Positions 1-14,544 of a stretch of 64,000 bases of DNA are shown here, in pieces. The DNA lies in contig CM120641.1 in NCBI GenBank assembly GCA_051362555.1, forward strand, positions 44,584,401-44,648,400, written 5' to 3'. The notes beneath the pieces are model-generated. The model searched no databases. It was not told the DNA's origin and saw only the letters and a list, made by a program, of their open reading frames with translations. The stretch comes from Lingula anatina (lineage: Eukaryota; Animalia; Brachiopoda). The first letter of the stretch is position 1; every line of letters starts with the position of its first letter. Position numbers and translations under genes: made by a program.

Positions 1-358
1 TAAAAGCTAGAGACCTTATTTCATAAAAGCCATCTTTTATTATCAAAAATAAAAAAATACTTTTTTACCTGACAAATTATGGTGTCCCTTAGACATAGTC
101 ATATTTGTTCAAGATTAAGAAATTGGTAACACCACTTTATTCTAAGGCAGGTCAAGGCATCCAATTGCACGTTTCAGTTAATAAGAATGAAATTAATTAA
201 TAAGAAAAAAAATAAAGATATAAAGAAAAAAACTGCACATCGTCTCTACTGATTTAAATCTATCCAGGTAAGTGACAAAATCATTATCCTTCGTTTCATT
301 ATGAAACCGATATTTGTTCTTCTTTCTTCCAAAAGGTTGTCTTCATATCAGTCTGTCT

Positions 359-2341
359 TTAGGTAGCACGTGATGACTTCAAACACTTGGCTTTTACTGT
401 AGATTCGGCCACATCATCCATTGAGTTGGCTTGAATGCTCTTGTCAATTCCTTGCAACTTTGCAAGGAAATCTTTGACGCTGGCTGCATACAACATCTTC
501 TGTTTAATTATAGCATTCTCAGGACTCCTACGAAATAAAACAATGGACTTGAGTAACATAATCTTCCCCAATATCCAAAAAGGAAGTTTACTATTAATTA
601 ACAAATGCATACACGTTTAAGTGTTTAAGTTTAAGTGTCAGAAACCAACATTTCTCCTTAGCTGATATTATTCATTTCTCTGATCAGTATGAACAAAGAT
701 CTCCCCCTGCACCATTAAACACTTCTTGTCAAACAAGTAAAAAAAATTGGCTCAATAAAGGCATGGGCTTGAATTAAAAAAAAAAAAGCTATACAAATGA
801 AAAAAAATTAATAAAAATAGTTAAGTACACCATAAGAGTTCATAAATATGAAAACTTCAAAATTATTGAGATATAATTTATCATTTAACTAGTACAGTCA
901 CAGAACTGCATAGCTCATTGTAGGAGAACAGTGATGCAGGATGAGATTTAGCAACAAGAGGATAAATAAAAATTAATTATTGTAATTTATTTTAACAAGC
1001 AAACAATGACACATTTAATGCACCTTATCAATTAAGCTATTTATTTGAATATTGACTAGAATACATAATGTAAATAAAAAAAGTTGACTACGTATTAGAC
1101 GGGGTATATATATATTTTTAGCAGAAGAAGCACAGATTAATTGAAGTTCATTAAGATTTATTTTTCTCGTAAATGTATTATGGTATTATTACTCACCAGC
1201 TGAAAAAAATAATAGAGCTCTTCCACGTTGAATTTTCCTGTGTGTACCCATAGTCAAAAAGAGCGTAACAGCACTCTCTTTTTTCTTCTGTATCTCTTAG
1301 GTAATCAAGGAATTCTTGATAGGCCTTATCTGCAATACAATTTAAACATATGAATGTGGGAATCCAATGAACAATTAAGTTATGTTATTTTTTTGTTGTT
1401 TTAATCAAAAACATATGATCGGAATTAAATATCCAAGTTTTATCATTGTCAGAGACTACGAGTAAATACACTGTACAAGATGCACTACACTCAGCAGCGT
1501 ATTTAGGGGGGTGTCGGAGATCCTGACCCCCTCTTCGATTTCTGAAAAAAACTCACATCAATGGCCCCCTCTTGAAATTAGATATTGACTAGCTGAATCA
1601 TAGTTCTAAACCGTACCAAATGGCACCGTTCGCCCCCTAAATACCAATAACTTTTTGGGCCCTGAACCCCACGTCAAGGGGGGGGGGGGGACGGCTTCGC
1701 ATCCGCGGATCCCCCTTCAACTCCTGCATCCACCCCTGTACACTGTTTGCACAAATGAATGTCCACGCTATGTTACCCATATCAGTACTTATCTTTCCCA
1801 ATACATATACTTCAAAAGCAGTAAAGGGGTACTTATTTGTAATATGTTAAAAAGCTACTTAGTAGTTTCAACAAACCTTGTTCTTCCTGATCTTGTTGGC
1901 CAGAACTGCAGCTAGTACGATCTACACCTATCGCTGAGAGGGCCTTGCCATTATGGTCTACGATTTTAAAGATGACATAGGCATATTTCTTATTCATTTT
2001 GATGTCATTGTAGGCCGTCAGGCATTCCTCTAGTACTTGAACTCCAGAAGACTGAAAAATTCAAGGCATGGTTGAAGAATCAAACAGTCCACAAACTAAT
2101 AAAAACTTTGAGACCACGAGGACGGTAGTAAGAAGAAAGCTTCACAATAATGATTTACAATGTATCTGACCACAACTATCCTTCATGGGCGATAAGAAGC
2201 CCAATAACCGCTCCCTGAAGGTTTGGAAAGATTTGTTTATTAACACAAAATATAGCTCATTGCCACATAAGTATATTTTAAAACAATAAACGTTTACTTA
2301 ACATGACTTTAACTTAACATGAAAAGTTAATACCTTACCAT
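359..2341 (-). CDS. ADF/cofilin family actin-depolymerizing factor, copy A (159 aa; exons 2341-2339, 2051-1877, 1329-1197, 527-359)
   Basis: Spliced ORF with GT-AG introns: MSSGVQVLEECLTAYNDIKMNKKYAYVIFKI...ECCYALFDY...IIFFSWSPENAIIKQKMLYAASVKDFLAKLQGIDKSIQANSMDD. ADF-H motifs present; ATG-only first coding exon as in other ADF/cofilin genes; 480 nt in frame. Confidence 0.93.
1492..1738. mobile_element. Non-autonomous hAT-like element in cofilin intron 2 (6-bp TSD)
   Basis: Termini CAGCAGCGTATTTAG...GCATCCACCCCTG, flanked by TACACT on both sides (1486-1491, 1739-1744). Internal similarity to the element at 3194-3463. Confidence 0.65.
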
Positions 2342-2448
2342 TTTGACAATTGCTATAAACTTGCAGACGTAGTTTAATTTACTGAACGTTTTCCCTCTCT
2401 CTATTCGCTTTTCGGTCCAATATGACTATTAGCGATGTATTTCAGGAC

Positions 2449-2641
2449 TATTTATACGCTTTCGCAAATACAAGTCTCTTTAAAGAGGAAATTTGTCACA
2501 GGTAAGCTCAAAAATACCCCTGTATGAATCAACCAGCGTGTAACGTTACGAATCAATAATAATTCGGCACCTTTTTTGGTAATCAAATCGGTTATCAAAT
2601 GCCGTGTTTGGGACTACTGCGTTTTCATTATCCATATTTGG
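2449..2641 (-). promoter_or_regulatory. Cofilin A promoter: TATA box plus two CArG boxes
   Basis: TATAAATA on the minus strand (2449-2456), ~110 nt upstream of the ATG. CC(A/T)6GG at 2570-2579 and 2632-2641. Confidence 0.6.
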
Positions 2642-3193
2642 TATAGAGACTGCATGATTGATTTTATGTCATCAAACTACCCAAGATTTGAAGTGTTTGA
2701 AAAGCTTACCCAGAATTACACCAAGATGTTTACACACTATTTTCACTTGTAAAGCACTTGCTATAAATAACTGCCGTGTAACCCGCCACAGCGAGCAGTG
2801 ACTAATGTATCGACCAGCTTTCCAAATAAGTAGAATATTCAGCACCCTTTTATAGACAGATACTGTGTCTGTGCATTTATTCAGTAACTACATTATTTTT
2901 TACTAATTATTTCATCAGGCCTGTTTCATTGTCTATATTTGGTTAAGTAATCAAACGGTGCAATATATGAAGTAGCGTCAGCAAAATGACCGACCCGACC
3001 TGACTTGGCATTTGTTTGTAGAGGTCAACTTCCTGATAAGGAAAAGTAGGTCAACATGTGCAGGTCGAATACAAATATGGCAATGCTATAGACAACCAAA
3101 CCCAATATAGAGGTGCCTTTCACATGCTAAAATGTCCAAAAATAAAATTGAATGAATTCAAAAGTGAATTCAATTTTTATTATTATATTATTA

Positions 3194-3463
3194 CAGTGGC
3201 GGATTTAGAGAGTGGATCAGGGGAGTCCTGACCCCCACTTCGGTTTCTAAAAAAAATTCACACTAATTTTCCTCTCTCGTAACTAGAATATTGACTAACT
3301 GATTTATAGTACTAAACTGTACCAAATGCCGGTACACTGTACCGTTCGCCCTCTAAAATACCAAAAATTTTGTGGGGCCCTTCTGAGTGACCGAACCTTC
3401 GCCAAACCAAACCTTCGCATCTACGGACCCCCCCCCCTTTAAATAATCCTGGATCCGCCCCTG
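3194..3463. mobile_element. hAT-like non-autonomous element at the inner end of the left arm
   Basis: TIR-like ends CAGTGGCGGATTTAG...CTGGATCCGCCCCTG; no matching TSD. Confidence 0.65.
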
Positions 3464-5392
3464 AGCTGAACCTGTTGTTGACCTGTTATGAAACTTATAA
3501 GAGCGGCGCTCTCTCTGAGCACGCGATCTGTCCTGCAAATCCTTTTACACAGACAGTATAATTGTAGTTATATATTCTCATATAGTCTCAAATATCTTGT
3601 CACAAAAGCGAGACCTGAGCAGGTCGGCAATTACGACCTCCCGTTTAGAATGAGGTTGCTTCACCTGCGTTCAGGTCACTGCTGAACACGAAATGTGTGC
3701 GATCAGAGAACAAAAAGATTCTTTTTTGTGTGTGTGTTGGGTACTTTTTAACTTGAGGCATATTATCCACACGACCCAAGTACTTGGTGCAACGGTTTAA
3801 CATTACAGAATTTGTGGAACACATCTAAAATAACAGTGGGGTTTTTCAATAGATTGCGGCTTCGTCGTCGTCTCTTTGACAGTATTTTATACGTATATAA
3901 AGAAAAGGAATTTTATCTTTGTAAAGAATGTGGTCTTTGCTCGAACTGTAGTCCACTAAATTAAAGTAACTATTGGTTTGAACGGTTAGTTAATTTTTTT
4001 CTTGTATTCTTCTGACCCCCACCCCACCCGAGTCGTGTTATAAAATACCCCGGTTTCAGACCATTGAGTCGGAACAATCACGCTCCTTCTACTGTAGTCT
4101 GCACTTATCCTTATGTGTATTATTAGAAAGATAACAATGGAATAGCTGGAGTCGACAGACTGCACATGTTGGTGTGCCAAATACCAGCCCTTCTCTTTCT
4201 TTTCTGGAATAAAACATGTAAGAAACTTTGTCTGCAACGAGGCCTTAGAATATTAATAAAATCGTGCTATACTGTGTATGCAAACCAAATTATACATGCA
4301 CTTTATTGCATTTTATGAGGTTATTATGTAGTTGTATTATTGCCACAGTTTCTACTAAAGAAAAGCTTACTTTGTTACTTAATAATATGCGTCTTGATGT
4401 CTACCATCCACGTAAGTGTAATACATTATGTCCGATAAGAATAGGAGTGAGGGGATTGTGGATGACTTTTTTTCACATTTTTCTCAACTCAGACCAAAGA
4501 AAAACTGAACGAAATGTGTAACAAATGGAAGGTGGCTATTGGTTGTATTTGATTTTTGATTTTCTGATTAATAAGAATTTCATATCCCGTTTTTCATATA
4601 ATATCCACTGTACACCGAGGCTTTACTTTACCAATTATAGTGATTTTTGGTTAAATATAACGTTTTTGGTTAAATATCATGTATCTTTGGGTGTGCAATA
4701 CAATAATAATTAGCTGATATCTGGACATGTGCATCTTTACCTGCATGTTTCACGTGAACCATAAAAAGCAGACATGTTTTGCCCTGGACATATGATATTT
4801 TCTTAGGAAGTCATTGTTGAAATGTGAAAAAATCGAAAAGAATAACAAAATGCGTAGGCTATTGACATCGAATGCAAATTATTCGATCAATTGCTGCACA
4901 ACAGCTTCAAAAACAATGCTAATTTGTTCTCCAGGGGCGCTATTGTTTTCTAAAAAGGCTGTACATATTTTGGCGTTCTCTCTTTCCTCTCTCTCTCTCC
5001 TTCTCTCTCTCAGTATTATCTTAGGCGTGGTTCAACATACAGACCTTGCTTAAAAATCAGCAAAATACTGATTTTCGCACATTCAAAATGCTATCTCCTT
5101 GACTTACTATTGATCTTTATAAAATTTATTATTAGATGCCATAAAAATGTCAACTTTTCTTCTCAAAAGATGCATGGTTTAAAAAAAGAAGGAAAGCCCA
5201 ACGTTTCGCTCTCACCTTCTGTGTCACGTTTTCTGCACACCTTTAGTTGACGGGCCTATTGTTGACAACACGTGACCCGCAAGCAAAACGTTCTCTTTAC
5301 GGTCCAATGCTTGTTTTAAGGACAAGCGTTTTTTAGCCTGGGAGTTCAGTAAGGGTGCGGTCAACGACCAAACAGGTTTGTTAGGTAACACG

Positions 5393-8300
5393 ATGTCGGC
5401 GTCACCGTACAAGCACACTGACCAATTTCAGATGGATTTCAACAGCAGGTCAACTTTAGCTGATCGTAAAAATGAAAACAAAAGGTGGTCTTCGAGAGAG
5501 AAATGCTTCGCCTTTCTCTTCTTTTTCTGTGCTCTTGCCATAGCTGCGTTGGTCTTGCTATTGATCTTGGGGGCGGTTGGTGTGCTTGAATTGGCCCCCT
5601 CCAGATCGACAACTGTATCCTCGAAAGCGCAGACGACAGTGCCACCAAAAGCAGCACCCATGTATTGTATGACACGAGACTGTATTAAATCCGCCGATGC
5701 AGTCTTGTCAAACATCAACGTCTCTGTCGATCCCTGCGAAGATTTCCATCACTTTGCATGTGATGGATGGTTACAGAAGAACCCAATGCCTGCCTCTCAG
5801 GGATCGTAAGTCTTTTGATATTTACTATTTTTTAATGTGTTTGACTGAAAAAATATCGGGGCGCATGTTCAATTGAAATAGTTTAGTACTATGTTTTAAA
5901 ATACCGCCTTGAGCCATAAGAGGAGACTATATAAAAGACGTTTAAAGACCTCTTTAAACATTTTCAATTTATTAATACCAGTGATATTAGCAATCTGAGA
6001 TCTTTTAAAATCAAACAGAAAGCTATTAAAAGTAAAAATAGTCATCAACTTTATCACAAATAATTGCAGATATACTCCAACACGTGGATAATCAGGTGGT
6101 CATTTGCATGATTGAGAACAAGAGTCCCTCCTTTTGTAAAACTTGTACAGAAACATTTTTACCGAGGCAAAATAGAAAAATTTGATGTTCGGATAATACA
6201 TGAACGGGAGCATATTATTTTTGAAGGTAGGACAAGTAGAGGAACTTACGCGGATGTGCAGTAAAATGTGGGGCTTGTGAAAATGATTTTTTTCATAATT
6301 CAAATCCCTTTATTTGGTTCAAGGTGGACCAACTTCCATATATTTGACAAGACAATCAAGACGAGAAACTTCGAGATTTTAAAGAGGCCACCAGAGCGGT
6401 ATTTGGTTGAATCCTTTGAGAGGAAAGTGAAGTGGCTATTTCAGAGTTGCATGGACACCAATTCCATTGACCAACTAGGCGCCAAACCGCTTCTTGATGC
6501 CATTGAAAAAATTGGAGGATGGGCTGCGATAGGTGGGATGATCCATTTATATGTTAAGACTGTTTTCAATAATAATAATAATAATAATAACTTAAAAGTA
6601 AAACTTTTCGTATGTCCTGGGTCACTGACATTAGGTAAAATTGGATGAGAAACACGTGTTTAAATTCCATTTAGAGCGACTTGAATAGTTGCAGTAGATA
6701 TTAGGCCTCAAATAAACCATTAAAAAGCAATCAAAATCAATTTTCGTGTGTGAACAATTTGCTTGTATTACTTGCCATAAACAAAATACGAACACTAGTT
6801 CCTCATTTAATCTTGTTGCGTTTAGAATAATTTTACTAAACAGGAAATCGTTTGGTTTAAATAACAGGCACGTGGGACAACAACACTTGGAGATTTGAGG
6901 AGAGCATGTCTACAATCTTCAGTGATTATTTTGTCCAATCTTTCCTAACAATCTACATGAAACCAGACGACATGTCACCGGAAGTCAATACTGTCATGGT
7001 AAGTGATGATGGGCGTCAAACATAAAATGTTCTACATGCCCATTTCTTTGTTTTCATCGTGTGTGTGTGTGTGTGTGTGTGTGACCACTTCTGTTTGATT
7101 ATTCCTTTTTTCTTTCGTTTGAACAAGCATTAAAAAGATGACAAGAGATCAAAGGTAATATTAAAGTAGTTAGTTTGGAGGATAATTTATAGAATTTAGT
7201 GCAGGAAATCTTACTTTCTTCGCAGCTATTTTTTCATATTAAAGAAATTATTCTTAAATATAGTTTTAACATTTTTGTCATACTGCATGCAAATAAATAC
7301 TTACGTAGGTTTGGTGGGTTTCTCATTTAAGTATATATAATCTATAGGTATGATTCAGAATGCTGTAGAAATCGTGGAACCTTATTTAGATTAATATTAT
7401 CTTTGTAGATAGATCAAGGGGGTCTGGGATTACCAAGTGCACAATATTACTTTGACAACGAAACTGAGAGCCAGTATATAATGGGCTACATGAGCTATTT
7501 AGAAAAACTAGCTCTACTGCTTGGTGCTACACAGGAAAACGCTAGAACTTTTGCGCAGGAGGTGTTTTATTTTGAAAAGGAATTGGCATTTGTAAGTATA
7601 TGTTTTGCAGTTTATCTGCCTCGTAACAAGTGGTGGTTATTTCTTCCATATGCACTATAAAGGGGGGTACCGAACGTGCAGCAAGTTTCTACCATGAAGG
7701 TACTACAATTCACAGTCCAATAACGCTGAGAGATCGTCTCTCGGGGGAGGGGGGGAGAACGGTGTTAATGTTGCCCCAGATGGCTTCCAGATATGGTGGA
7801 GTTTCAGAAGGTTGGAGGACACTGGTGATGTCTTAAAGTTTGCGTTTGTCTTTGAGCTTCTGTTAATTCAAAATAGATATTTGATAAGTGAAAAGAAATT
7901 TAGAATGTAGGCCTATTATACCATTATGGGTATCATTTAAAATTTTGCTCCAACGATCCTGATCATTGTCGTTTGCTTTTTATGTTTACGTGCCAAAACC
8001 TTTTTTCCAATTCAATCCTATAGATCTACTTTTCTCCGGCTACCCCGCAAATGTTAGATCCAAATGTGCGATACAACAACGTCACGGTTGAAGAACTCTA
8101 CCATCTCCTTCCACAGGTAAGTGCAGTAGGTCAAATATAAAGAAAGGCGTCGAGAGGCATTCGTTATGAACACATGAGCAAACGAAAATGAAGACGCGAG
8201 ACCGCAGACAACTTTTTCTCATTTTTCACCATCTAGAAGTTCGTGCAACTGATCAATTGTGTGCACGATTACTCAAAAGTTGTAGGCGGTAATTTATCAT

Positions 8301-11300
8301 TATGTCATCTTTAAAATGTGACAAGAAACTGACCCTTTCGGAAATTTGTTTATTGTTACCAATTTCAAGATTTAAAGCATGTTTGTTTAAAAATAGAAAC
8401 TATGTTTCGGTATATTCCATATTTAAAGCATGTTTGTTTAAAAATAGAAACTATGTTTCGGTATATTCCAGTTGCAAGTTATTTTACCATGAACAATCTC
8501 TCTTTCATGCATAGTATTTCGCTTTGCTCTTCCAGTTCAGAAGGGTTTTGAAACTGGTCCCGTAATGAGCGTAAAATTGTGAAACAATGAGCAAGAACAT
8601 TAGAAAAAGAGATACCTCCTTTGTTTGGTCTTTGGACAGAAGTTTCGAAATTGTGTATATTGTGTGAAAAAAATGCACGTCGATGTTATCACAATATTTT
8701 CATTCTATTTTATTTTGATTAATTTGGAATTTCAGATTAATTGGACCCGTCATTTGGCCCAGATAGACGTAGATGTTTCCAACAATTCTGTCGTTATTGT
8801 CTTTAGCAAAGAATTCTTGACCTACCTATCAACACTGATACAGCAGACTGATCGAAGGTAACTAGCAATCAGACTGATATAAACCTGAAACAGACTACAT
8901 GACGTCACCAGACGATTGTATTGCGTAGTAAGCCTACCGGTACTCTGTATAAATATTTATATGATATACCTTTTGTGAACATGTTAGAAGCCAGGCCTCT
9001 TATGATGCCATTTAAAAGAATTGAGTGCTCAAATGAAATTAAACTGTAGAAAATCATAAAAAAAACTAAAAAAAAAATCCGCATCACTACTGATTCAAGT
9101 TTGAAATCTCTGGTGAATGATGTAGGTCATGTTCCTCAGCTTTGAGTCAATAAATCCCCGAGAAGTCCTCACCCAAAGTCAATATTTGTATATAAACGTT
9201 GGTGTGTTATGACCTCTTCACCAGACTATTACATGCACAAAACCTTTTTTTCCTTTTTTCTTTTTTGACACATCTGAGAAAATGGCCCTTACATTTTTGA
9301 TTGTGCATGTGTATCTTATTTGTGTCTTTCAGAGTACTAAATCAGTATGTTGTTAAGCTCCTGATTGCTAGTTATGCGGAGCATATGTCCAGTGAATTCT
9401 TAAAAGCAAGACAAGAAGTCATCAAGATTGTATCTGGTAATATTGAATTGTATTCGCCGCTGTCATTATTATTACTGTTGGTTAAGAGATTGTGCGTTTC
9501 TTTGTTTTGCATTTGGTCTGCTGTGTGTATTTCTTTTTCGTATTGTGCCGTATTGCCTGAGTAAGAAAACCATTAGTTTTGATACTAGACCGCAATAACC
9601 TATGACGAGCAAGTAGATTCTTCGTTATCTAACTTTTGACTGCGTTATATAAGTTAGCAATGAGACAATCGATTTCAAATATTAACATTTTCCCATTTAT
9701 TTAATCATTCGACATATGAACATTTGTTTATTTATTTAAACAGGGACTTCCCCACAAGAGCGTTGGGAGGATTGCGTGGCGTTGGTTGGTAGCACTATGG
9801 GGGATGCTATCTCCGCCTTGTACGTAAGAGAACATTTTTCCAAAGAATCAAAGGAAGAGGTAATGGAATATATAAACCTTCTAATGTAGCGCCCTCAAAT
9901 GAGATTCTTAAAACTTAAGTTGAATAAGATGCGCAAATGAGATCATTTGGAGAATATATATATACATTTGCTTCTTATTGAAAACGTTCTGGGAGCAATC
10001 GTAATCTCTCAGATTCTTTTTCCAATGAATATTGAAGATAACAATTCAAAGACTGTTAATCAGAGAGCGAAATAATGCAACAGGACATTGCTAACAGCAA
10101 CATGACCATGGCTTTACTATAGATCGTGCTCTGGATTCATGAAAGTAGTATTGTTTTTATAAAGATGCACTGCGCATAAATCCCATATTGGCGAAGTCTC
10201 CTAGAAGCGCAGGATCTCTTGCATTTAGTGGAGACGAATACATATCATAAAGTATATTTGGCGAAAATATTATGGTAACTTTTATGGAAAACATAAAGGA
10301 ATCTTATTTTTTTGCCACAGGTTAAAAGCATGGTTATGGAAATTTTGGAAGTGTACAAGGAAAGAATCGACGAACTCACGTTCATGGACGAACCAACTAG
10401 ATCAAACGCACTGGCAAAGGTAATGAATGACAAGAAAGCACTGATGATATGTAAAAGATTTTTAATTTCCCTCTTAAGAAATAGACTGCTTAGCGCTTCC
10501 CAAATCCTTTTTTTTTTTTTTTTGTCAAAAATAAAAGACGTAATGTATGCATGCGATTCGGAGATCCAAAGTCGTTTTTAAACGGAGTTTCTTTTCTTTT
10601 TCTTTTTAAGTTTAAAAAGTTTTTAAAAAGCTTAAAAAAGCTTGAGACCGGATAGACAATGAAGACTAAAAGTTGATTATGATGCCTGAAAATTATTATT
10701 TTTTCTTTTTTTATTGTAAATATTTTAAATCAATAAAGATGATGAATGCCCATAATAAGCACTGTGGAATTATACCTCCGATAACACAGGCATGTCCTTT
10801 TGATAACGACGTAGGCCTCTATTGAACACCACTGCTTTTATAGAATTGACCAAAATTTTTCTTATTGTTTTTTTCACAATTTCAGCTGAGGGCAATGCGA
10901 TACCATAAGATCGGCTTCCCAGACTATATGCTTAATGACTCTTTCATGGACTACCTATACCTACATGTATGTTATCTATTAATCTTTATTATCACTTCAC
11001 ATAAATGCAGAATGGATTATGATAATTAATAAGCCCTCATCTGAAACAGGTAGATAATTAATTGGAACTGTTTTTAATTAAAATTAATGTTAACGCATTC
11101 TTAATCCTATTAAGAGTTTACTTTATTTTTTCATTTTCCAGCACGGCGTTAACTGCTCAAACTGCTATTTTCAAAATGTAGTCGACGTCTATCGTGGGGG
11201 ATATCTTTATCAACAAGAAGAATTTAAATTACCCGTTGATAAAGACAAGTAAGTGAAAAGCTATTTCAAAACTATGATCCGTCCTTTTTAAACCTAATTC

Positions 11301-13912
11301 GTATTATTTTCAATGTTCTTTATATTTTAATTTTTTGCCCAATGAAATTTAAAAATCGTTAATTTTATGAATCGAATAAACGTTCGAATATTGTTGCTTG
11401 TAGCCTAATTGTAGCCGACAAAATACAGAGCTGTTGTACGTCTGATGTCTAAAATTCTTATTTTTGTAGATGGCTTAGAAACCCCATTAATGTGAATGCC
11501 TACTATGCTACAACCAGTAACGAAATGGGTTCGTATCAAGTATCAAGAAACGCTGACATTTTACTCCGTTGGTTGAAGTAGCTTATATCCATGAGTTTCG
11601 TTACGCTTGTTTTTATTTCACGGTGAACCGTGAAGCTTAACTATGGGTGATGCGCTCGTCGAAATTGGTTACTTTGTAGACATTTCTGGAGGGAGAGGGA
11701 AGGGGCTTGGGGGCTTGTGAAGAGTAAGGTGACAAAACCACTGAGGGAAAACAATCTCTGGCCAACTCCTTTTCTTGTAAAAACCACGCAGACTTTACTT
11801 TTCATCTGACGTAAAATCATATGCATGGTTTTTGTTAATTAAACCAAACAATGTTTGTGAAAATTAAGCCTGTGTCTTTGACTGAGAACATATTACAGCT
11901 TATTGATTTAATAAGCTTGCTCAGCCTCTGTTCGTCATTTGTGCAAAATGAAATGCATAGATGTAGAACGTACAATGTATAACTTACATGCAAGTATAGA
12001 GAAAAAATATCAGAACTAGAATAAAAATATTTTACATCATGTTATCATTTCAGTTATACTCGCTGGTATTTTGCAGCCACCATTTTATGCTCCTTATTTC
12101 ACAAGGTAGGCTTCCCAGCTCCACACTACAGTTCTATTCAAATTTCTCTGCAAACTTTCCTGTCATGTAAATGTATAATACACAATTCTCACTACCAGCA
12201 AATTTTACTAGAACTGCCTATTACAAATCGGGATCAAATTTTGCCAAAATAGAGTTTCCGTATATGGTATGTAAGGTAGTTGATAAGTGTTTACAGAAAT
12301 TCCCTAGAATGCTTTGTTGTACGGTTGATTGTAAAGATAGCGTACCAAAACATAAAATTGCACCTTTTTCAGAGCAATGAAGTTTGGGAGCATTGGAATG
12401 ATTATAGCGCATGAAATAACGCATGGTTTTGACACAAGAGGTAGACAATATGTACACTAAAACGCTTAGTGTGTTGTGCAGTCGAATAAAAACTTAATTT
12501 CAACTAAAAGCCTTTGAAATTATTTCTTCTTCTACAGATATTTGTGTGGCCTACTAAGACATTAATTTGTCGATGCTTTAGTTATTGTTTCTACGGAATT
12601 GTATTGAGAACTATTTTGTTTCATAATCAAGGGAAAGAAACAATGATTTGGTTTACGTTTTGAAACTGGGAGTGAATTGTGCTGTTTCTGATATACTTTG
12701 TCTCTCTCTCTTAGGTTCCCAATACGACAAGGATGGTAGATTACTAAACTGGTGGACAAGTTTGTCCAAACAAGCATATGATCGAGCCACCGCATGCGTT
12801 TCTTCTTATTTTTCCAATTACGAAGTTTCCGGATTCAAGGTTCTTGAAAAACAAATGACAGACACGCGCGAGCGATTTTTCACATTAGTTTTACATCTAA
12901 AGTAACCCTGGCCAATGAGATGATGATTTTAAAAATAAAAGGACAAATAGAGCTTTTTATCGAATTCCTGACAATTTCATTTACATATTTTCTTTCAGAT
13001 TAACTTTTAATTTGTTTTGCTTGTTTTGATGTTTAGGTAAACGGGAATCTAACATTGACAGAAAATATAGCCGACATAGGTGGCCTTCGCGTTGGTTACA
13101 TGGTAGGTGTATGTGTGTGTGTGTGTGCGTGTGTGTGTGTGTGTGTGTGTGCGTGTGCGTGTGTTTAAGTACAATGCAGACAATAGAAAAGAGAGAAAAT
13201 AATTGTTGGCTTTTATAGACATCGAAAATTTGTTTAACCTCGAATAACTTAAAAGATCGTTTAATCCAATATTAAACAAATGTGTTTATTGAATTAGGCC
13301 TACAAGAAGTGGGTATCCAGAAATGGCCCAGAAAAAATGCTGCCAGGAGTGAACAGGACCCCAGAGGAGTTGTTTTTCATAGCAAACTCAGCGGTAAGCC
13401 TGGAATTAATGCGACAGAAATACACATCTTAGGCATTCTCAGCGTTTTTACTTCAAGTAGCAGGGTTGTTTCATTTCTGTGCATAATTGAAGTATAGTAA
13501 TATTCAGAACCAACATGTTAATATAACAACCCCTGTTTACCCCCGACCCCAACACCTAACCCCGCCACCCCCAAGGAAAAAAAATCCAGTCATTGCTGCG
13601 GTAATTTCTTTTTCATCTCAATTGTGACAAAGTAACAGTCGAGTTGGAGAAAGGAAGTCTGATAGATCAAAGAAAAAGAAAGAAGAAAACTGGAGTCAGT
13701 TTGGGAGATTTTAATTAGCATTTTTTCATTACCTTGCAATGTAGATAATAAATGTAAATAATAAAGTTATTATTATAATATTATAATTAATAATAAATGA
13801 TAATAATAATTAATAAATAATAAAGTTATGCCGTTCAGTATTTAGTCTACTACTCGGGCCAAAATTTGGGCTTTGACAGCTGTTTCGGTCTCGGAATTAG
13901 ACACTTCAGATG

Positions 13913-13947
<35 letters not shown>

Positions 13948-14544
13948 AAAAATAGGCCTACGTCTCTCTGTTATTTCAGATATGGTGTGAACACACGCGA
14001 CCCCAAGCGGTGAGGCAGAGTATAGCGACCGCCGTTCATTCCCCAGGTTCGGTTAGGTGAGTGTGCTTTTTATGACTGAGACCGTCACGATGTTCTTGTT
14101 GGTAAAAGTTCAGTCTATATACGTCAATCTACACTCGATCAAAAATAGTTTGGAAACATGACATCGTTTTTCAATCATTAAAAAACTATGTTATATAGTG
14201 GAAAAATCTTCAGTGTATATAAAAAATAACGAATGGTTAGTTCATTATCCATCAACATTTGGTGAAAAATTTTACCTTAGCTCAAATGGTTATTTTATAA
14301 TTATTCAATCTAAAGATGTTTACGAACTTTATTTGTTTATTTGTAGTGTTTTTCTGTTAATCAAGACAATTAAATTGACATCAATTGTTATCAGTAAATA
14401 AAATATATTTTCTCGCGTTATCAAGTACAGCTTTCTATTTCCAGAGCAATGGGTCCGGCATCCCAGGTGCAGGAATTTGCTTCAGTTTTCAGATGTGCTG
14501 CTGGCTCGCCCATGAATGCAGCTGTGAGGTGTAACGTTTTCTGA
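5393..14544 (+). CDS. M13 family zinc metallopeptidase (neprilysin/endothelin-converting-enzyme-like), type II membrane protein, 766 aa, 19 exons
   Basis: Exons 5393-5805, 6324-6532, 6868-6998, 7409-7591, 8024-8116, 8736-8857, 9333-9436, 9744-9859, 10321-10419, 10886-10966, 11142-11248, 11470-11528, 12054-12105, 12373-12440, 12715-12839, 13037-13102, 13298-13393, 13980-14056, 14445-14544 join in frame (2301 nt, all GT-AG). N-terminal TM helix; motifs [57 protein letters not shown], terminal C. Confidence 0.95.
8370..8470. repeat. Perfect 51-bp tandem duplication in neprilysin intron 5
   Basis: ATTTAAAGCATGTTTGTTTAAAAATAGAAACTATGTTTCGGTATATTCCA occurs twice in succession. Confidence 0.95.
14225..14330. 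repeat. Dispersed repeat fragment shared with intron 1 of VWA-lectin copies 1 and 2 (~24325-24430, ~36840-36940)
   Basis: AACGAATGGT..CATTATCC.TCAA.ATTTGGT..TTTACCTTAGCTCA.ATGGTTATTTTATAA matches in the same orientation. Confidence 0.7.

Larger units (their letters stand above)
1..3463. repeat. Left arm of large inverted duplication (partner ~16066-20133); runs off the window start
   Basis: Positions 1-170 are the reverse complement of ~19950-20133, and 2200-3200 of ~16260-17255. Exons, introns and promoter align with scattered SNPs and indels. Similarity stops at the inner end of the GGATCCGCCCCTG element. Confidence 0.95.

Noticed and set aside
5378-5392. Upstream TTG start given in the ORF track for the peptidase
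   Set aside because: Eukaryotic gene; the first in-frame ATG at 5393 was used. An upstream exon cannot be excluded.
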